A stretch of DNA of 64,000 nt, taken from IMG/VR virus record IMGVR_UViG_3300028833_000142, positions 1-64,000 of that record. One strand, 5' to 3'. This document shows positions 12,801 through 20,770 of this stretch, one piece after another. The translations under genes were made by a program, and so were the position numbers. The DNA is from a virus. Lineage: Duplodnaviria; Caudoviricetes. Every line of letters begins with the position of its first letter. Within the stretch, counting starts at the first letter, position 1. The notes beneath the pieces were generated by a model. The model had not been told where the DNA came from. It was given only the letters and a program-made list of their open reading frames with translations, and did no database searches.

Positions 12801-13649
12801 ATCCCCGATATAAGTAATCTTGCAAATAAGGATTTATCTAACCTAACTTCTACAGGTAATAGTAAATTCCAAGCACCTTTAGTTTCTGGTACTAATATTA
12901 AGACTATTAATAACACATCGTTACTTGGTAGCGGGAACATTGATATACAAGGTGGAAGCACTATTACGGTTGACGAAGCATTGTCAACAACTTCAACCAA
13001 CCCTGTACAAAATAAGGTTATAACTAATGCGCTTCCTGACACATCTTCATTATCCTATTATGGCACTTGTGCAACGGTAGCATCTACACAAGCTAAAGTT
13101 GTCGACTGCCCTGAATTTACGGAGTTAAAAGAAGGTGCATCAATTAGGGTTAAATTTACCTACGCACAGTCTTATAATGGTGCGCCGACTTTAAATGTCA
13201 ATTCTACAGGTGCAATAAGTGTAAAATCTATTGGTACGACAAACGCTACGCGTTATTGTTGGCTAGCAGGTGAAGTTGTAGCTTTTACTTATGACGGTAC
13301 AAACTGGATAATGGAAGATGCAGGAATTGCAAGCACAACTTATTATGGGTATACAAAATTATATACAGGGGCAGGGAGTACAAGCACATCAACAGCTTTA
13401 ACACCTGCAAGTTTGAATAATTTAGCTCAACTTATGGTTGAACCATATCCAGTTTATTCAGCGTCAGCGACTTATGATGTAGGTGATAGGGTAAGATACG
13501 GTTATCAGGCTTGGGAATGTATAACCGCAATAACGACAGCAGAAGCTTGGGATGCTGAACACTGGAAAGCATTAGACCCGATACAAACACAGATTGATAA
13601 TATAAATGCGACTATAGGCGACATTGAAACATTACTAAGTGAGGTATAA
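6819..13649 (+). CDS. Giant tail fibre/adhesin (2276 aa) with internal repeats and C-terminal CBM5/12-like module
   Basis: N-terminal coiled-coil repeats; three copies of NQLADKxFVNSSIATNTAxFxGTFxSVAELEAY...YDRYK...FEYxLNNSSFT; YTQVEYLESSGTQYIDTG module; C-terminal YSASATYDVGDRVRY...WECITA...HWKAL. Confidence 0.75.
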   Translation: MGLDIDLYTPKIDIDDDGADDIIIEITGLKSINKFIGLEDTPLYYDNGKFFKVENNKIVYTDIQWKDISGNIEDAPEIVAFIEDLIEEISAKVVDDHIYLHDIAKDAHPYIQNIIHENYETLDIKIDNTKEELSQDISNLNDALNQEISDRETADNNLSEDIQEEILARIEGDTTLQNEINTVNTNLQNEIDARIEGDTNLSNSLDELSNNLIQEVLDRQEQDSILQEQITSNYNALDDKIDTEISNRTSADTTLQNNIDTEASTRQSADSTLQGNIDTLSDTVSSNYNDLSDQIDNLSDTVTSNYTTLDTKIDNIKTSLEGDINDLSTTVSNNYTTLDGKITNLTSTVSDNYTELDGRITANTNNISAINSKIPNQASSSNQLADKDFVNSSIATNTANFIGTFNSVAELEAYTGTLTNNDYAFVATTDTAGNTLYDRYKWNGYEWLFEYELNNSSFTAVQWASINSGATTENINQIAINANNIINLQTNKQDKLTAGANIQINNNIISATDTTYTAGSGISIENNVISNTQTSAVWGNIQGTLSDQTDLQTELNSKQDSLISGTNIKTINLTSILGSGDISVATSAQGALADTALQPNDNISELINDVGYITSEDLPIVNNGVLTIQVNGDDLASFSANQFGNTTANIVVPDSATWGNITGILSNQTDLQNALNNKYDASNPNGYTSNIGTVTSVNDIQPVGGNVTLSIPTATSDLTNDSGFITSADLPTVDQIFDGTSTNAQSGVAIITELAKKQDLLTSFNAGTDISIIESTIIVSGDGSIELNEAENEGLNSVTLEGKCEQRNLPSEYTQVEYLESSGTQYIDTGVKPNANQIVDIKYTYVRIGFVFGCRATESTQYSGITNEDVTGSIFNIRWGNKVIYTTSPQPQGTVTVHIENGNTRLNNKLVSTDTYGSSFYDGNIVLFNINHGGVVPNWYMNYGYNKIHSFIISENGTLVRNLIPCRHNSDNVLGMYDTVTDTFLTNAGTGNFTAGADVTAPSPETPIDIWCNNGAIKVNSQGQVYTDGTTETVTVHSENIAPLSSSTSFDFSNNILSNIRTDTRTEFQFQIQASVGGSWRTVGTFLVTSTGVKEYTFDIPPEVTDIRVKHNGATTDLVITSGFVLPEGSYTIHFDCLSYNPTIVGGIQLKDFVFCQTPYFNGGTATAEMLLGVGNYKDTQEVLTGNVTRNVGIKVLDGSEDWRAHKTLEGWFQLGEPLVYNGIAPALCTHYPYSSEQSSEGVFFSTGRDSIPTSRFIIADNVNFPNTGMIAEFKQYLADQYANGTPVIIVYPLEEPTTESVTGQPLSIQSGNNIITTTGSINNLPISANYNRQGGTLISFTNETGYITGITSDDVTTALGYTPYNATNPSGYEPNVIETIKVNDNVLTPTNKTVNIVVPTSASDIGALPNTTTIEDLTTSSQLVAINSGATTTNINQIATNTSAISTINNKIPSAASATNQLADKNFVNSSIATNTATFRGTFDSVAELEAYSGEKDDNDYAFVTGVDSDGNTYYDRYKYNGTTWVFEYRLNNSSFTSVQWNAINSGANITNIGQIATNTSNITNLTTNKQDVISDLSTIRSNASAGANAATTIAGYGNIVTHNVNEFATATQGALASTALQPNDNISSLINDVGYITNASLPTVNDATITIQKNGLNIGTFTLNQENNDTLNITVPTQASDIGAMPDTITIEDLTTTAQLNALNSGATTSNIGQITTNQNNIADIRALIPAQATTSNQLADKNFVNSSIATNTANFIGTFNSVAELEAYSGTLTNNDYAFVATTDSVGNTLYDRYKYNADSQQWIFEYELNNSSFTATQLESINSGITSGDVTLIRTALQPNDNISELINDVGYITGITSSDITTALGFTPYNSTNPAGYITSSALSPYARTSDLATVATSGSYNDLTNKPTIPAPQVNSDWNATSGVAQILNKPTLATVATSGSYNDLSNKPTIPSEVTENTVSDWGFTKNTGTVTSVNNISPVNGNITLNIPDISNLANKDLSNLTSTGNSKFQAPLVSGTNIKTINNTSLLGSGNIDIQGGSTITVDEALSTTSTNPVQNKVITNALPDTSSLSYYGTCATVASTQAKVVDCPEFTELKEGASIRVKFTYAQSYNGAPTLNVNSTGAISVKSIGTTNATRYCWLAGEVVAFTYDGTNWIMEDAGIASTTYYGYTKLYTGAGSTSTSTALTPASLNNLAQLMVEPYPVYSASATYDVGDRVRYGYQAWECITAITTAEAWDAEHWKALDPIQTQIDNINATIGDIETLLSEV

Positions 13650-13651
13650 AA

Positions 13652-14926
13652 ATGACAATAGCTAGTGAAATACAAAGAATAAAAACAAATATTGCAAATG
13701 CTTATATCTCTTGCGATAATAAAGGGGCAACAATGCCTAGTACGCAAAATAGTGCTAATTTAGCTAATTGTGTTAATAGTATACCAACAGGCATTACCCC
13801 AACAGGTACAATATCAATTACCAATAACGGTGTGTACGATGTTACAAATTATGCAAGTGCAAATGTAAATATTAGTAGTGGTGGTGGCGATACAGTAGGT
13901 ATAACAAGAGAAGTATCTTCAAATGGGGTGTTTCAAATGCCTGAAAATGACTTTACTTTTAGTTTGCCTAGTAATGCTACGGATGTGGGTGGCGGTGCAA
14001 TGTCCTATGCTTTCGCCAGTTGCAGAAATTTAACAAGCGTAGACTTAAGCAGTCTGACTACAGTGAGTGGTGTTAATGCAATGAACTATGCTTTCTTCGC
14101 TTGCACAGGTTTAACAAGCGTAGACTTAAGCAGTCTGACTACAATAAGTGGTAGTAGTGCAATGAACTATACTTTCTACAATTGCAGAAATTTAACAAGC
14201 GTAGACTTAAGCAGTCTGACTACAGTAAGTGGTAGTCAAGCAATGTACTATGCTTTCTACGCTTGCGCAGGTTTAACAAGCGTAGACTTAAGCAGTCTGA
14301 CTACAGTAAGTGGTAGTAATACAATGTACCGTGCTTTCTATAGTTGCACGAGTTTAACAAGCGTAGACTTAAGCAGTCTGACTACAGTGAGTGGTAGTGG
14401 CGGTGCAATAGCCTATGCTTTCAGCGGTTGTACAGGTTTAACAAGCGTAGACTTAAGCAGTCTGACTACAGTGAGTGGTAATGGTGCAATGAACTATACT
14501 TTCCAAAATTGCACAGGTTTAACAAGCGTATTATTCACTAATCTTGAAATAATCGGAGCAAATAGTTGGTTAGTTGACTACGGACATTTTACACAATGTT
14601 TCTATAATTGTAATAATCTAACTTCTATAACATTCCCTAAGCTTGAAAAAATCTATTGCACAGGTGGAACGTCAACAAGTTACGGTACTTTTGCAAATAA
14701 TAATAAAGTGCAAAAAATGTATTTTCCCAAACTTGACACAATTACTTACGGTAACGGTGCAAATACATCAAATCAGAACGCTTGCAAAAATGTATTCTAT
14801 GGCTGTTCAGCTCTAACAGAACTACATTTTGGGGCAGCAAATCAAGCTGCTATTGAAGCGAGTCCTGGTTATTCAACTGCTTGGGGTAGGGGTGCAGGCG
14901 ATGTAACAATTTACTTTGATTTATAA
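13652..14926 (+). CDS. BspA-type leucine-rich-repeat tail/receptor-binding protein
   Basis: 27-aa repeats CxxLTSVDLSSLTTVSGxxAMxYxF; N-terminus MTIASEIQRIKTNIANAY is typical of phage tail-associated proteins. Confidence 0.85.
   Translation: MTIASEIQRIKTNIANAYISCDNKGATMPSTQNSANLANCVNSIPTGITPTGTISITNNGVYDVTNYASANVNISSGGGDTVGITREVSSNGVFQMPENDFTFSLPSNATDVGGGAMSYAFASCRNLTSVDLSSLTTVSGVNAMNYAFFACTGLTSVDLSSLTTISGSSAMNYTFYNCRNLTSVDLSSLTTVSGSQAMYYAFYACAGLTSVDLSSLTTVSGSNTMYRAFYSCTSLTSVDLSSLTTVSGSGGAIAYAFSGCTGLTSVDLSSLTTVSGNGAMNYTFQNCTGLTSVLFTNLEIIGANSWLVDYGHFTQCFYNCNNLTSITFPKLEKIYCTGGTSTSYGTFANNNKVQKMYFPKLDTITYGNGANTSNQNACKNVFYGCSALTELHFGAANQAAIEASPGYSTAWGRGAGDVTIYFDL
14030..14530 (+). repeat. 81-bp coding tandem repeat (6 full units plus a partial) with an identical 33-bp core
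   Basis: Core TTAACAAGCGTAGACTTAAGCAGTCTGACTACA starts at 14030, 14111, 14192, 14273, 14354 and 14438; partial copy at 14519. Confidence 0.95.
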
Positions 14927-14937
14927 GGAGAAAATTT

Positions 14938-15297
14938 ATGATAACAACAACATTAACAAAATTAACAGCAAGTACAGGAATGGTACTAACAAACGGCAAA
15001 AACTTTACTCATTCAGTATTACTAAGAGAAGATGAAAGTCCTGAAGATTGGTCTGAAATTACAGAAGAATATTTTAGAAAACTTCAAGCACAAATGACTC
15101 CTAGAGAATTTTTGCTTGCTTTAATTAACAAAGGTAAAACAAGAGAACAAATTGAAGCAATTATAAATTCTGATGATAAAATTTGGGCAGAATTAACAGG
15201 CGCAACAGCAATTATACGTGCTAATCCATTACTTGATTTGTTGTGTAGCAAATTAGATTTAACACCTAATGATTTAGATAAAATGTTTGGATTATAA
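14938..15297 (+). CDS. Small tail-associated hypothetical protein
   Basis: RBS AAGGAG; KLTASTGMVLTNG...EDWSEITEE pattern, as found downstream of gut-phage fibre genes. Confidence 0.55.
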   Translation: MITTTLTKLTASTGMVLTNGKNFTHSVLLREDESPEDWSEITEEYFRKLQAQMTPREFLLALINKGKTREQIEAIINSDDKIWAELTGATAIIRANPLLDLLCSKLDLTPNDLDKMFGL

Positions 15298-15451
15298 ATA
15301 AAGCTTGAATAACTTTATTAAATTCTAAGATAGGGGGAAAAGAAGGCTTTGAATTGCCACAAGATAATTTACTTAACTAGGTAAAATCAAAATTTATTTA
15401 TTTTTTTAATGATAAAAAAGGTAGATTATTTATTATAACAAGGAGTTTAAA

Positions 15452-15811
15452 ATGAGGGTAGAAAAGACAAATAACGCTTCTTTTTGTGGTTATAACTTTA
15501 AATTAAAAAAAATGTACCGACAAGGTAAACTTCCTAAGAATTTAATAGATATGGGTGGTAATAAAATTACACAACGAAATTTATCTGGAGACCACGGTAT
15601 ACCTCGCTCTTTAGGTGGTAAAAATACAGATGATAATATGATACTTGCGACAAAACAATTTAACTCTTTAAGAGGTAATAGACCATTAAAAGAAGTTGTT
15701 ACATTAGATAATTTAATAAAATGGGCAAATCAATATTTAAAATTAGGTACAATTGATGGTTTTGATTTTGTAAAATATGTACAAAATATATTTAAAATAT
15801 TTGAGAAATAA
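15452..15811 (+). CDS. HNH endonuclease-family protein (Gastranaerophilales-type)
   Basis: GDHGIPRSLGGKNTDDNMILATKQFNSLRGN HNH core; N-terminal NNASFCGY..KKMYRQGKLP. Confidence 0.75.
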   Translation: MRVEKTNNASFCGYNFKLKKMYRQGKLPKNLIDMGGNKITQRNLSGDHGIPRSLGGKNTDDNMILATKQFNSLRGNRPLKEVVTLDNLIKWANQYLKLGTIDGFDFVKYVQNIFKIFEK

Positions 15812-15855
15812 CGCTAAGATAGATATGTAAAAATTTAAAAACAGGGATATATAAA

Positions 15856-18168
15856 ATGTCAGAAAAAATAATTTTAGTACGAGGCGATGATACAGATTTT
15901 AATTACCAAGTCTTATTGGTGTTAAATTTTATAAGCACTTTAAACCTAGAAGGTTATAAAACAAGATTAACTATTGAAAACCCTACAAATGTAATAAAAA
16001 CTTATGAAATCTTTAATAATAATTGCGAAGTTAATTTTGATAAAAGTATAACTTCTACTTTAGAAGTTGGCGAACATAGATGTACCGTCAAATTACTAAA
16101 TTCTTTAAATCAAATCAAAACCATATATAATTTTGACATTTTAGTACAAGACGAATTCGATATTTCAACTAAATTTATCAACGAATATACTGTCGATATA
16201 AAAATTGATGATGGTATCAATAAATATAAAAATTACAACGAACTATTTAATAAACCGTTAATAAATGACGTTGAATTGGTCGGTAATAAAAGTTTTGAAG
16301 ATTTAGGTATCACAGAATATACAGAAAATACTATTGATAGTAAAATAGAAGAACATAATATAAATGCAAATTCACATCAAGATATAAGACAAGAGTTAAA
16401 CAATAAACAAGATACTTTAATTGCTGGCTCTAACATCACTATTATAGACGGTATTATATCGTCATTAGGTGCACAAGGTGGTGTAACAACAGACTATAAA
16501 GAATTAGGTAATAAACCTAAGATTAATAATGTAACATTAGTTGATAATGTTTCTTTAGAAGATTTAGGTGTTCAACCAGTTGGTGAATATATAACTGAGG
16601 AAGTATTAGATAATAAAGGATATTTGACTGCTGTGCCTACTGGATATGTAACAGAAGAAGAATTAAATTCATATAATTTCTTAACAGAAGTTCCAGAAGA
16701 TTATTATACAAATACTCAAAATGAAGGAATATATGCTAAAAAAGAAGAATTAAATAATAAACAGAATATTTTAACCGCTGGGGATAATATAACAATAGAA
16801 ACTGTAGATGAAAACACAGTTATATCTGCAAATATACCAGAACAATACATAACAGAAAATGAATTATTAGAAAGAAATTATATCAATTCAGATTATTTAA
16901 CAACCCAATTAAACAAAAAACAAAATTTAATGAGGGCTGGTAATAATATTAGATTTTATCAAAATGCAGATGGTTCTTATACAATATCCGCGGTAGATGG
17001 GCAAAGTTCACCGTCTATAGCTTCGTATAATGCTTTAAGTAATAAACCGCAGATAGGCGGTATAGAACTTATAGGAAATAAAAGTCTTTCACAATTAGGA
17101 ATACAACCCGCTGGTGAATATTCACCTATTTTAACTGCTGGTGATAATATAACCATAGAACAATCTAATGGTGAAACAGTTATATCTGCTATTATACCAG
17201 AAGATATATGTACTGATGCTGAATTAGAAGCTGGATTATCAACAAAAGCAAATAAAGCTACAACTTTATCTGGTTATAATATAGAAAATGCATATACTAA
17301 GACAGAAATAGATGAATTTTTTGATATTTATTTAGATAATAAAATTTCAGACATAGTTAAAAGTGCACCAAACCAAATAATAAGATATACAGAAAAAACT
17401 ATAACATTACAGTCTGACACTGAAATATCGTTCGCTAATGGATTAAATATAGACAATGCATTGAAAAGTTTAAGTGTCTTAAATGAAAATGATTTGATAT
17501 TAGACCTTAGCAATACTCCATTTAATGATGAATATAAAGATTTTTATATAATAGCAATTTATGAAAATGATATATTGTCTTTAAAGGTTATACCTTGTAA
17601 TAAATTTACAATGTTTAATGGAGAGGTTATACCTTTAACCTTAAAGGGGTATGTAAAACATGTTTACCAAAATAAATACTATGAAATGGTAGAAAATAAT
17701 GGTATTAACACACCTATACCTAAAATTATTAAAATATTAGGTAAAGGAACTGCTGTAGCAGATGAAAATATGATATTTAAAATAACATCTGTTACACCTT
17801 GTGGGGTAAATAGATTAGCCACAGAAGACGAAGTTTTACGCTTCCAAGAGTATATAGGCACAAATTATCAACGCAATTTAACTTTTGGAGATAATTTTAA
17901 TGTAGAAAATAATGTCGTAAATTATCAAATACCTTCTAACTATATTAGTGTTGATTATTTGGTTGAAAATGATTATGTAACTCAAACAAATATAAATGAC
18001 GCTGTACGTATACATAATACGAATGGAACATCTCATGAAGATATAAGACAACTTATACAAAATACGAGAGATAATTATATCGCAAAAACACAATTTAACC
18101 AATTAGCAAATAGAGTTAGTATTTTAGAAAATAAAGTTGACGAAATTTTAAACAGATTGGGTGAATAA
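15856..18168 (+). CDS. Structural protein with BppU-like N-terminus and KQDxLxAGxNITI / YxxLxNKPxINxVxLxGNK repeats
   Basis: Starts IILVRGDDTD; carries repeats typical of phage tail/receptor proteins. Confidence 0.55.
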   Translation: MSEKIILVRGDDTDFNYQVLLVLNFISTLNLEGYKTRLTIENPTNVIKTYEIFNNNCEVNFDKSITSTLEVGEHRCTVKLLNSLNQIKTIYNFDILVQDEFDISTKFINEYTVDIKIDDGINKYKNYNELFNKPLINDVELVGNKSFEDLGITEYTENTIDSKIEEHNINANSHQDIRQELNNKQDTLIAGSNITIIDGIISSLGAQGGVTTDYKELGNKPKINNVTLVDNVSLEDLGVQPVGEYITEEVLDNKGYLTAVPTGYVTEEELNSYNFLTEVPEDYYTNTQNEGIYAKKEELNNKQNILTAGDNITIETVDENTVISANIPEQYITENELLERNYINSDYLTTQLNKKQNLMRAGNNIRFYQNADGSYTISAVDGQSSPSIASYNALSNKPQIGGIELIGNKSLSQLGIQPAGEYSPILTAGDNITIEQSNGETVISAIIPEDICTDAELEAGLSTKANKATTLSGYNIENAYTKTEIDEFFDIYLDNKISDIVKSAPNQIIRYTEKTITLQSDTEISFANGLNIDNALKSLSVLNENDLILDLSNTPFNDEYKDFYIIAIYENDILSLKVIPCNKFTMFNGEVIPLTLKGYVKHVYQNKYYEMVENNGINTPIPKIIKILGKGTAVADENMIFKITSVTPCGVNRLATEDEVLRFQEYIGTNYQRNLTFGDNFNVENNVVNYQIPSNYISVDYLVENDYVTQTNINDAVRIHNTNGTSHEDIRQLIQNTRDNYIAKTQFNQLANRVSILENKVDEILNRLGE

Positions 18169-18169
18169 A

Positions 18170-18455
18170 ATGAATAAAATATTATCTACTATTATTATTT
18201 TAATGTTAACTTGTTTGCCATGTTCTGCTAGTTCGGAGGGTGTGAGTTATATCTAAAATTAAATTTTTAGGTAAAATTAGTAAATATATTGTCTTTTATA
18301 AAAATGATATTTGTGAATTTATATTATATCCTAATATAGATATTGAAGAACAAGAAATAAATGGCTTTAACTTTAAGTTTGTTTATAAAATAAAAACGAA
18401 GGGAGAGAAACATGAATTTTCTAAAAAAAATGTTCGTATTCTTAAAGGACTCTAG
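18170..18455 (+). pseudogene. Apparently frameshifted exported protein (28-aa signal-peptide ORF 18170-18256 continuing in another frame 18252-18455)
   Basis: MNKIISTIIILMLTCLPCSA signal-like N-terminus; an open second frame (SKIKFLGKISKY...ILKGL) begins at the TATATC tract. Confidence 0.4.
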
Positions 18456-18705
18456 TATATTAGTAGATGTTAAAACAGCATTATTACCTATAATACAAGA
18501 CGATTTAAAAGAATTAAAACCTAAAATTTTAATATATATAAATGATAAAACACCATGTGCTAAAGAAAAACTTATAGATTTTATATTATTAAAAGTTAAA
18601 TTACCTTGGTATTTAAGACCATTTAAAGGTAAAGTAAAAAATATATTAAATAAAAATTTTGATAAAGTTTTAGATTTTGTTTTACAAGTTATAGGGTTAA
18701 AATAA
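18412..18705 (+). CDS. Hypothetical protein
   Basis: RBS GGGAG; coupled to the next gene. Confidence 0.6.
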   Translation: MNFLKKMFVFLKDSSILVDVKTALLPIIQDDLKELKPKILIYINDKTPCAKEKLIDFILLKVKLPWYLRPFKGKVKNILNKNFDKVLDFVLQVIGLK

Positions 18706-19256
18706 TGGCTATTATATATGATAAAGAATTTTTTAGAATGATGTTAAGAACCGATTTAGAAAAATGGATTAAAGATAATTATGATAATCTTATCGGCAGT
18801 ACAATATTTACCAAAAATAATAGTTTAACCTCTAAAATTGTATCTTGGGCACAAAAAATACATGATAAATCTAAAGATAATTTTATACCTTCACATACAG
18901 CTTCAATAGTAGAAAAAGATGGTGAACTTTATCTTTTTGATATGAAACCACCCAAAGCAAGTATACAGCCACTATTCAAATACCTATATACTTCAAAAGA
19001 TGAATTTGTATTGGTTTTAAGAAACTACCCACTTGATACATTTATGTTTAGTAAGAATCTTTTATATCATGTTGGTGAATTATACCCATATTTAAGTGCA
19101 ATTAGGTCTGTATTTACAAAACGTCAAACAAAATGGGTAAACCACTGTTCAGAAATATTTGCACGTGAATTAGATAGACAAGGTTTTAAATTCCCAAAAG
19201 GGTTTAATTTAGAGTGTACCCCTAATGAATTATTAAATGTTTTAAAAGATATATAG
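18705..19256 (+). CDS. Permuted papain-like NlpC/P60 (YiiX/YaeF, peptidase C92-like) enzyme
   Basis: His (PSHTASIV) precedes Cys (NHCSEIF), and a G-E-x-Y-x-Y motif is present, matching the permuted catalytic order. Confidence 0.6.
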   Translation: MAIIYDKEFFRMMLRTDLEKWIKDNYDNLIGSTIFTKNNSLTSKIVSWAQKIHDKSKDNFIPSHTASIVEKDGELYLFDMKPPKASIQPLFKYLYTSKDEFVLVLRNYPLDTFMFSKNLLYHVGELYPYLSAIRSVFTKRQTKWVNHCSEIFARELDRQGFKFPKGFNLECTPNELLNVLKDI

Positions 19257-19260
19257 TGAA

Positions 19261-19283
19261 AAGAGCCAGTTTATCTGGCTCTT
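19261..19283. terminator. Hairpin between convergent genes
   Basis: AAGAGCCAG-TTTAT-CTGGCTCTT. Confidence 0.7.
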
Positions 19284-19305
19284 GTTGCAAATGAAGGGAG
19301 ACATT

Positions 19306-20367
19306 TTATAAACTTAACAATTCATAATCTTCTTCTATATCATCTTTTGGTAAATCTTCGTCTTTTCTTATTGCCCAATACCATTGTAAAACTTTATCTA
19401 TTGTTTTCCCTTCTTTTTTTACTAATTCTTGTGGAATATCAAACTTTTTATAGTCGCCAGATATTAAATGTAGTTGTATAATATTGAAATTTGGTAGATT
19501 ATCACTATATAGATGCGTCATACCGCTATTTTGTAATAGTTTATAATATATATAAAGCTGTCTAGCGTATGGTGCTAATTGAGATTTAGTTTTAAACTTG
19601 GGTTTACCAGTGTTTTTGTCTAATGACGAGGTTGTTTTATAGTCCCAAATAGAAAACTTGTTATCGTAATAACAAACCAAATCTATTGAACCCTGTATAA
19701 ATTTATCCATTGATATAAAAATCTCTGAATAAACAAGGTCTGTAAAAATAAGCTCTCTTTTTATAAAATCGGGTAGACACTTTAAGGCAAAATCTAAATA
19801 AAAATCTTTAGTTTCTTGTATGTCTGGTATTTTACGTAATATTTCACTGTCATTAAATGACTCTTCTGCATATTTTTTAATATCGTTTATAATCTTATTT
19901 TCTATTTGCTGTTGTATTTTTAAAGAAGGTTTTTTACTTTTTTGTAAAATCTTTAATTGTTCAATAATTGGTTTATCTTTTTTTCTACCTTCTTTATCAC
20001 ATATATAATGTTCTAATATACTATGAACAATTGTACCCTTATTTAAAGTCTCTTCTTTATTATTATCTTGTTCTAACAATGGTGTGTCATTTTTCCACCT
20101 TATTAAAAACTTATCCTTATATAAATCAATTGGAAATAAAGAATAAGCTATTTTGGTGGAGCTTGGAAGGTCCTCATTATATTCTTCGCCTCTACCTTTT
20201 GATGTAAACTTATTTTCAAGAATTTCTTTTATTTTTTTACGATTCTTAATAACTTCATATTTAAAATCTGTTTGACAAAAATTTCTTAATTCTAAAAAAT
20301 CGTTAACATCTTTTTCGTAAATTGTGTTGTATTCATCTGTTAATTTATTGTGTATTAAAACAAACAT
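19306..20367 (-). CDS. PD-(D/E)XK RecB-like exonuclease
   Basis: KGTIVHSILE, E...GSIDLV...IWDYKT and QLYIY motifs. Confidence 0.75.
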   Translation of the reverse strand: MFVLIHNKLTDEYNTIYEKDVNDFLELRNFCQTDFKYEVIKNRKKIKEILENKFTSKGRGEEYNEDLPSSTKIAYSLFPIDLYKDKFLIRWKNDTPLLEQDNNKEETLNKGTIVHSILEHYICDKEGRKKDKPIIEQLKILQKSKKPSLKIQQQIENKIINDIKKYAEESFNDSEILRKIPDIQETKDFYLDFALKCLPDFIKRELIFTDLVYSEIFISMDKFIQGSIDLVCYYDNKFSIWDYKTTSSLDKNTGKPKFKTKSQLAPYARQLYIYYKLLQNSGMTHLYSDNLPNFNIIQLHLISGDYKKFDIPQELVKKEGKTIDKVLQWYWAIRKDEDLPKDDIEEDYELLSL

Positions 20368-20393
20368 ACAAAATCCTAACCATTATATCCATA

Positions 20394-20422
20394 ATTATAT
20401 CACACTTATATACTTTTGTCAA
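20394..20422 (-). promoter_or_regulatory. Sigma70-type promoter for the nuclease gene
   Basis: Minus strand TTGACA-17 nt-TATAAT with TG extension. Confidence 0.8.
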
Positions 20423-20488
20423 GTGTTTAAGTTACACTTTATACTAAAATGATTAAAATCCTTATATATCAATGGTTTACAAAACATA

Positions 20489-20517
20489 TTGACAAATAGT
20501 TGTTCACGTGATATAAT
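20489..20517 (+). promoter_or_regulatory. Sigma70-type promoter firing into the origin-like repeats
   Basis: TTGACA-17 nt-TATAAT with TG extension. Confidence 0.8.
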
Positions 20518-20537
20518 TAACCATGAGGTTAACCAAG

Positions 20538-20770
20538 AGGTATACCTTTAAGGTATATAATAAGGTATACCTATAGGTATACTTAAAGGTATAATAATAG
20601 GTATAATAATAGGTATAATACTTATATACCTCTAATATAATACTTAATATACCTTAAAGGTATACTTATTATAAGGTATACTAATATTTTTATACCATTG
20701 TTTTAACAATAGTATACTAATATTGGTGTACTGTTATTGTAATAACATTATACTTTATAGGTATACTAAT
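20538..20770. repeat. Iteron-like AGGTATA array (putative replication origin)
   Basis: AGGTATA at 20538, 20551, 20563, 20575, 20587, 20599, 20611 (12-13 bp period), 20658, 20674 and 20759; inverted TATACCT at 20625 and 20648; non-coding, with an AT-rich flank. Confidence 0.75.

Noticed and set aside
7555-13747. Antisense and overlapping ORFs in the track (for example 7555, 8918, 11816, 12659; also 23264, 35424, 55255)
   Set aside because: These are shadows of well-supported genes on the opposite strand, with no RBS or motifs.
14030-14530. CRISPR array (33-bp identical repeats with 48-bp spacers)
   Set aside because: The units are in frame within an LRR gene, the spacers are homologous to each other, and no cas genes or leader are present.
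14927-15451. DGR template repeat or reverse transcriptase next to the LRR gene
   Set aside because: No non-coding copy of the LRR unit and no RT (YxDD-type) ORF was found here or elsewhere in the window.
19306-20367. Cas4
   Set aside because: The PD-(D/E)XK core is present but the four Fe-S cysteines are not, and there is no CRISPR context.
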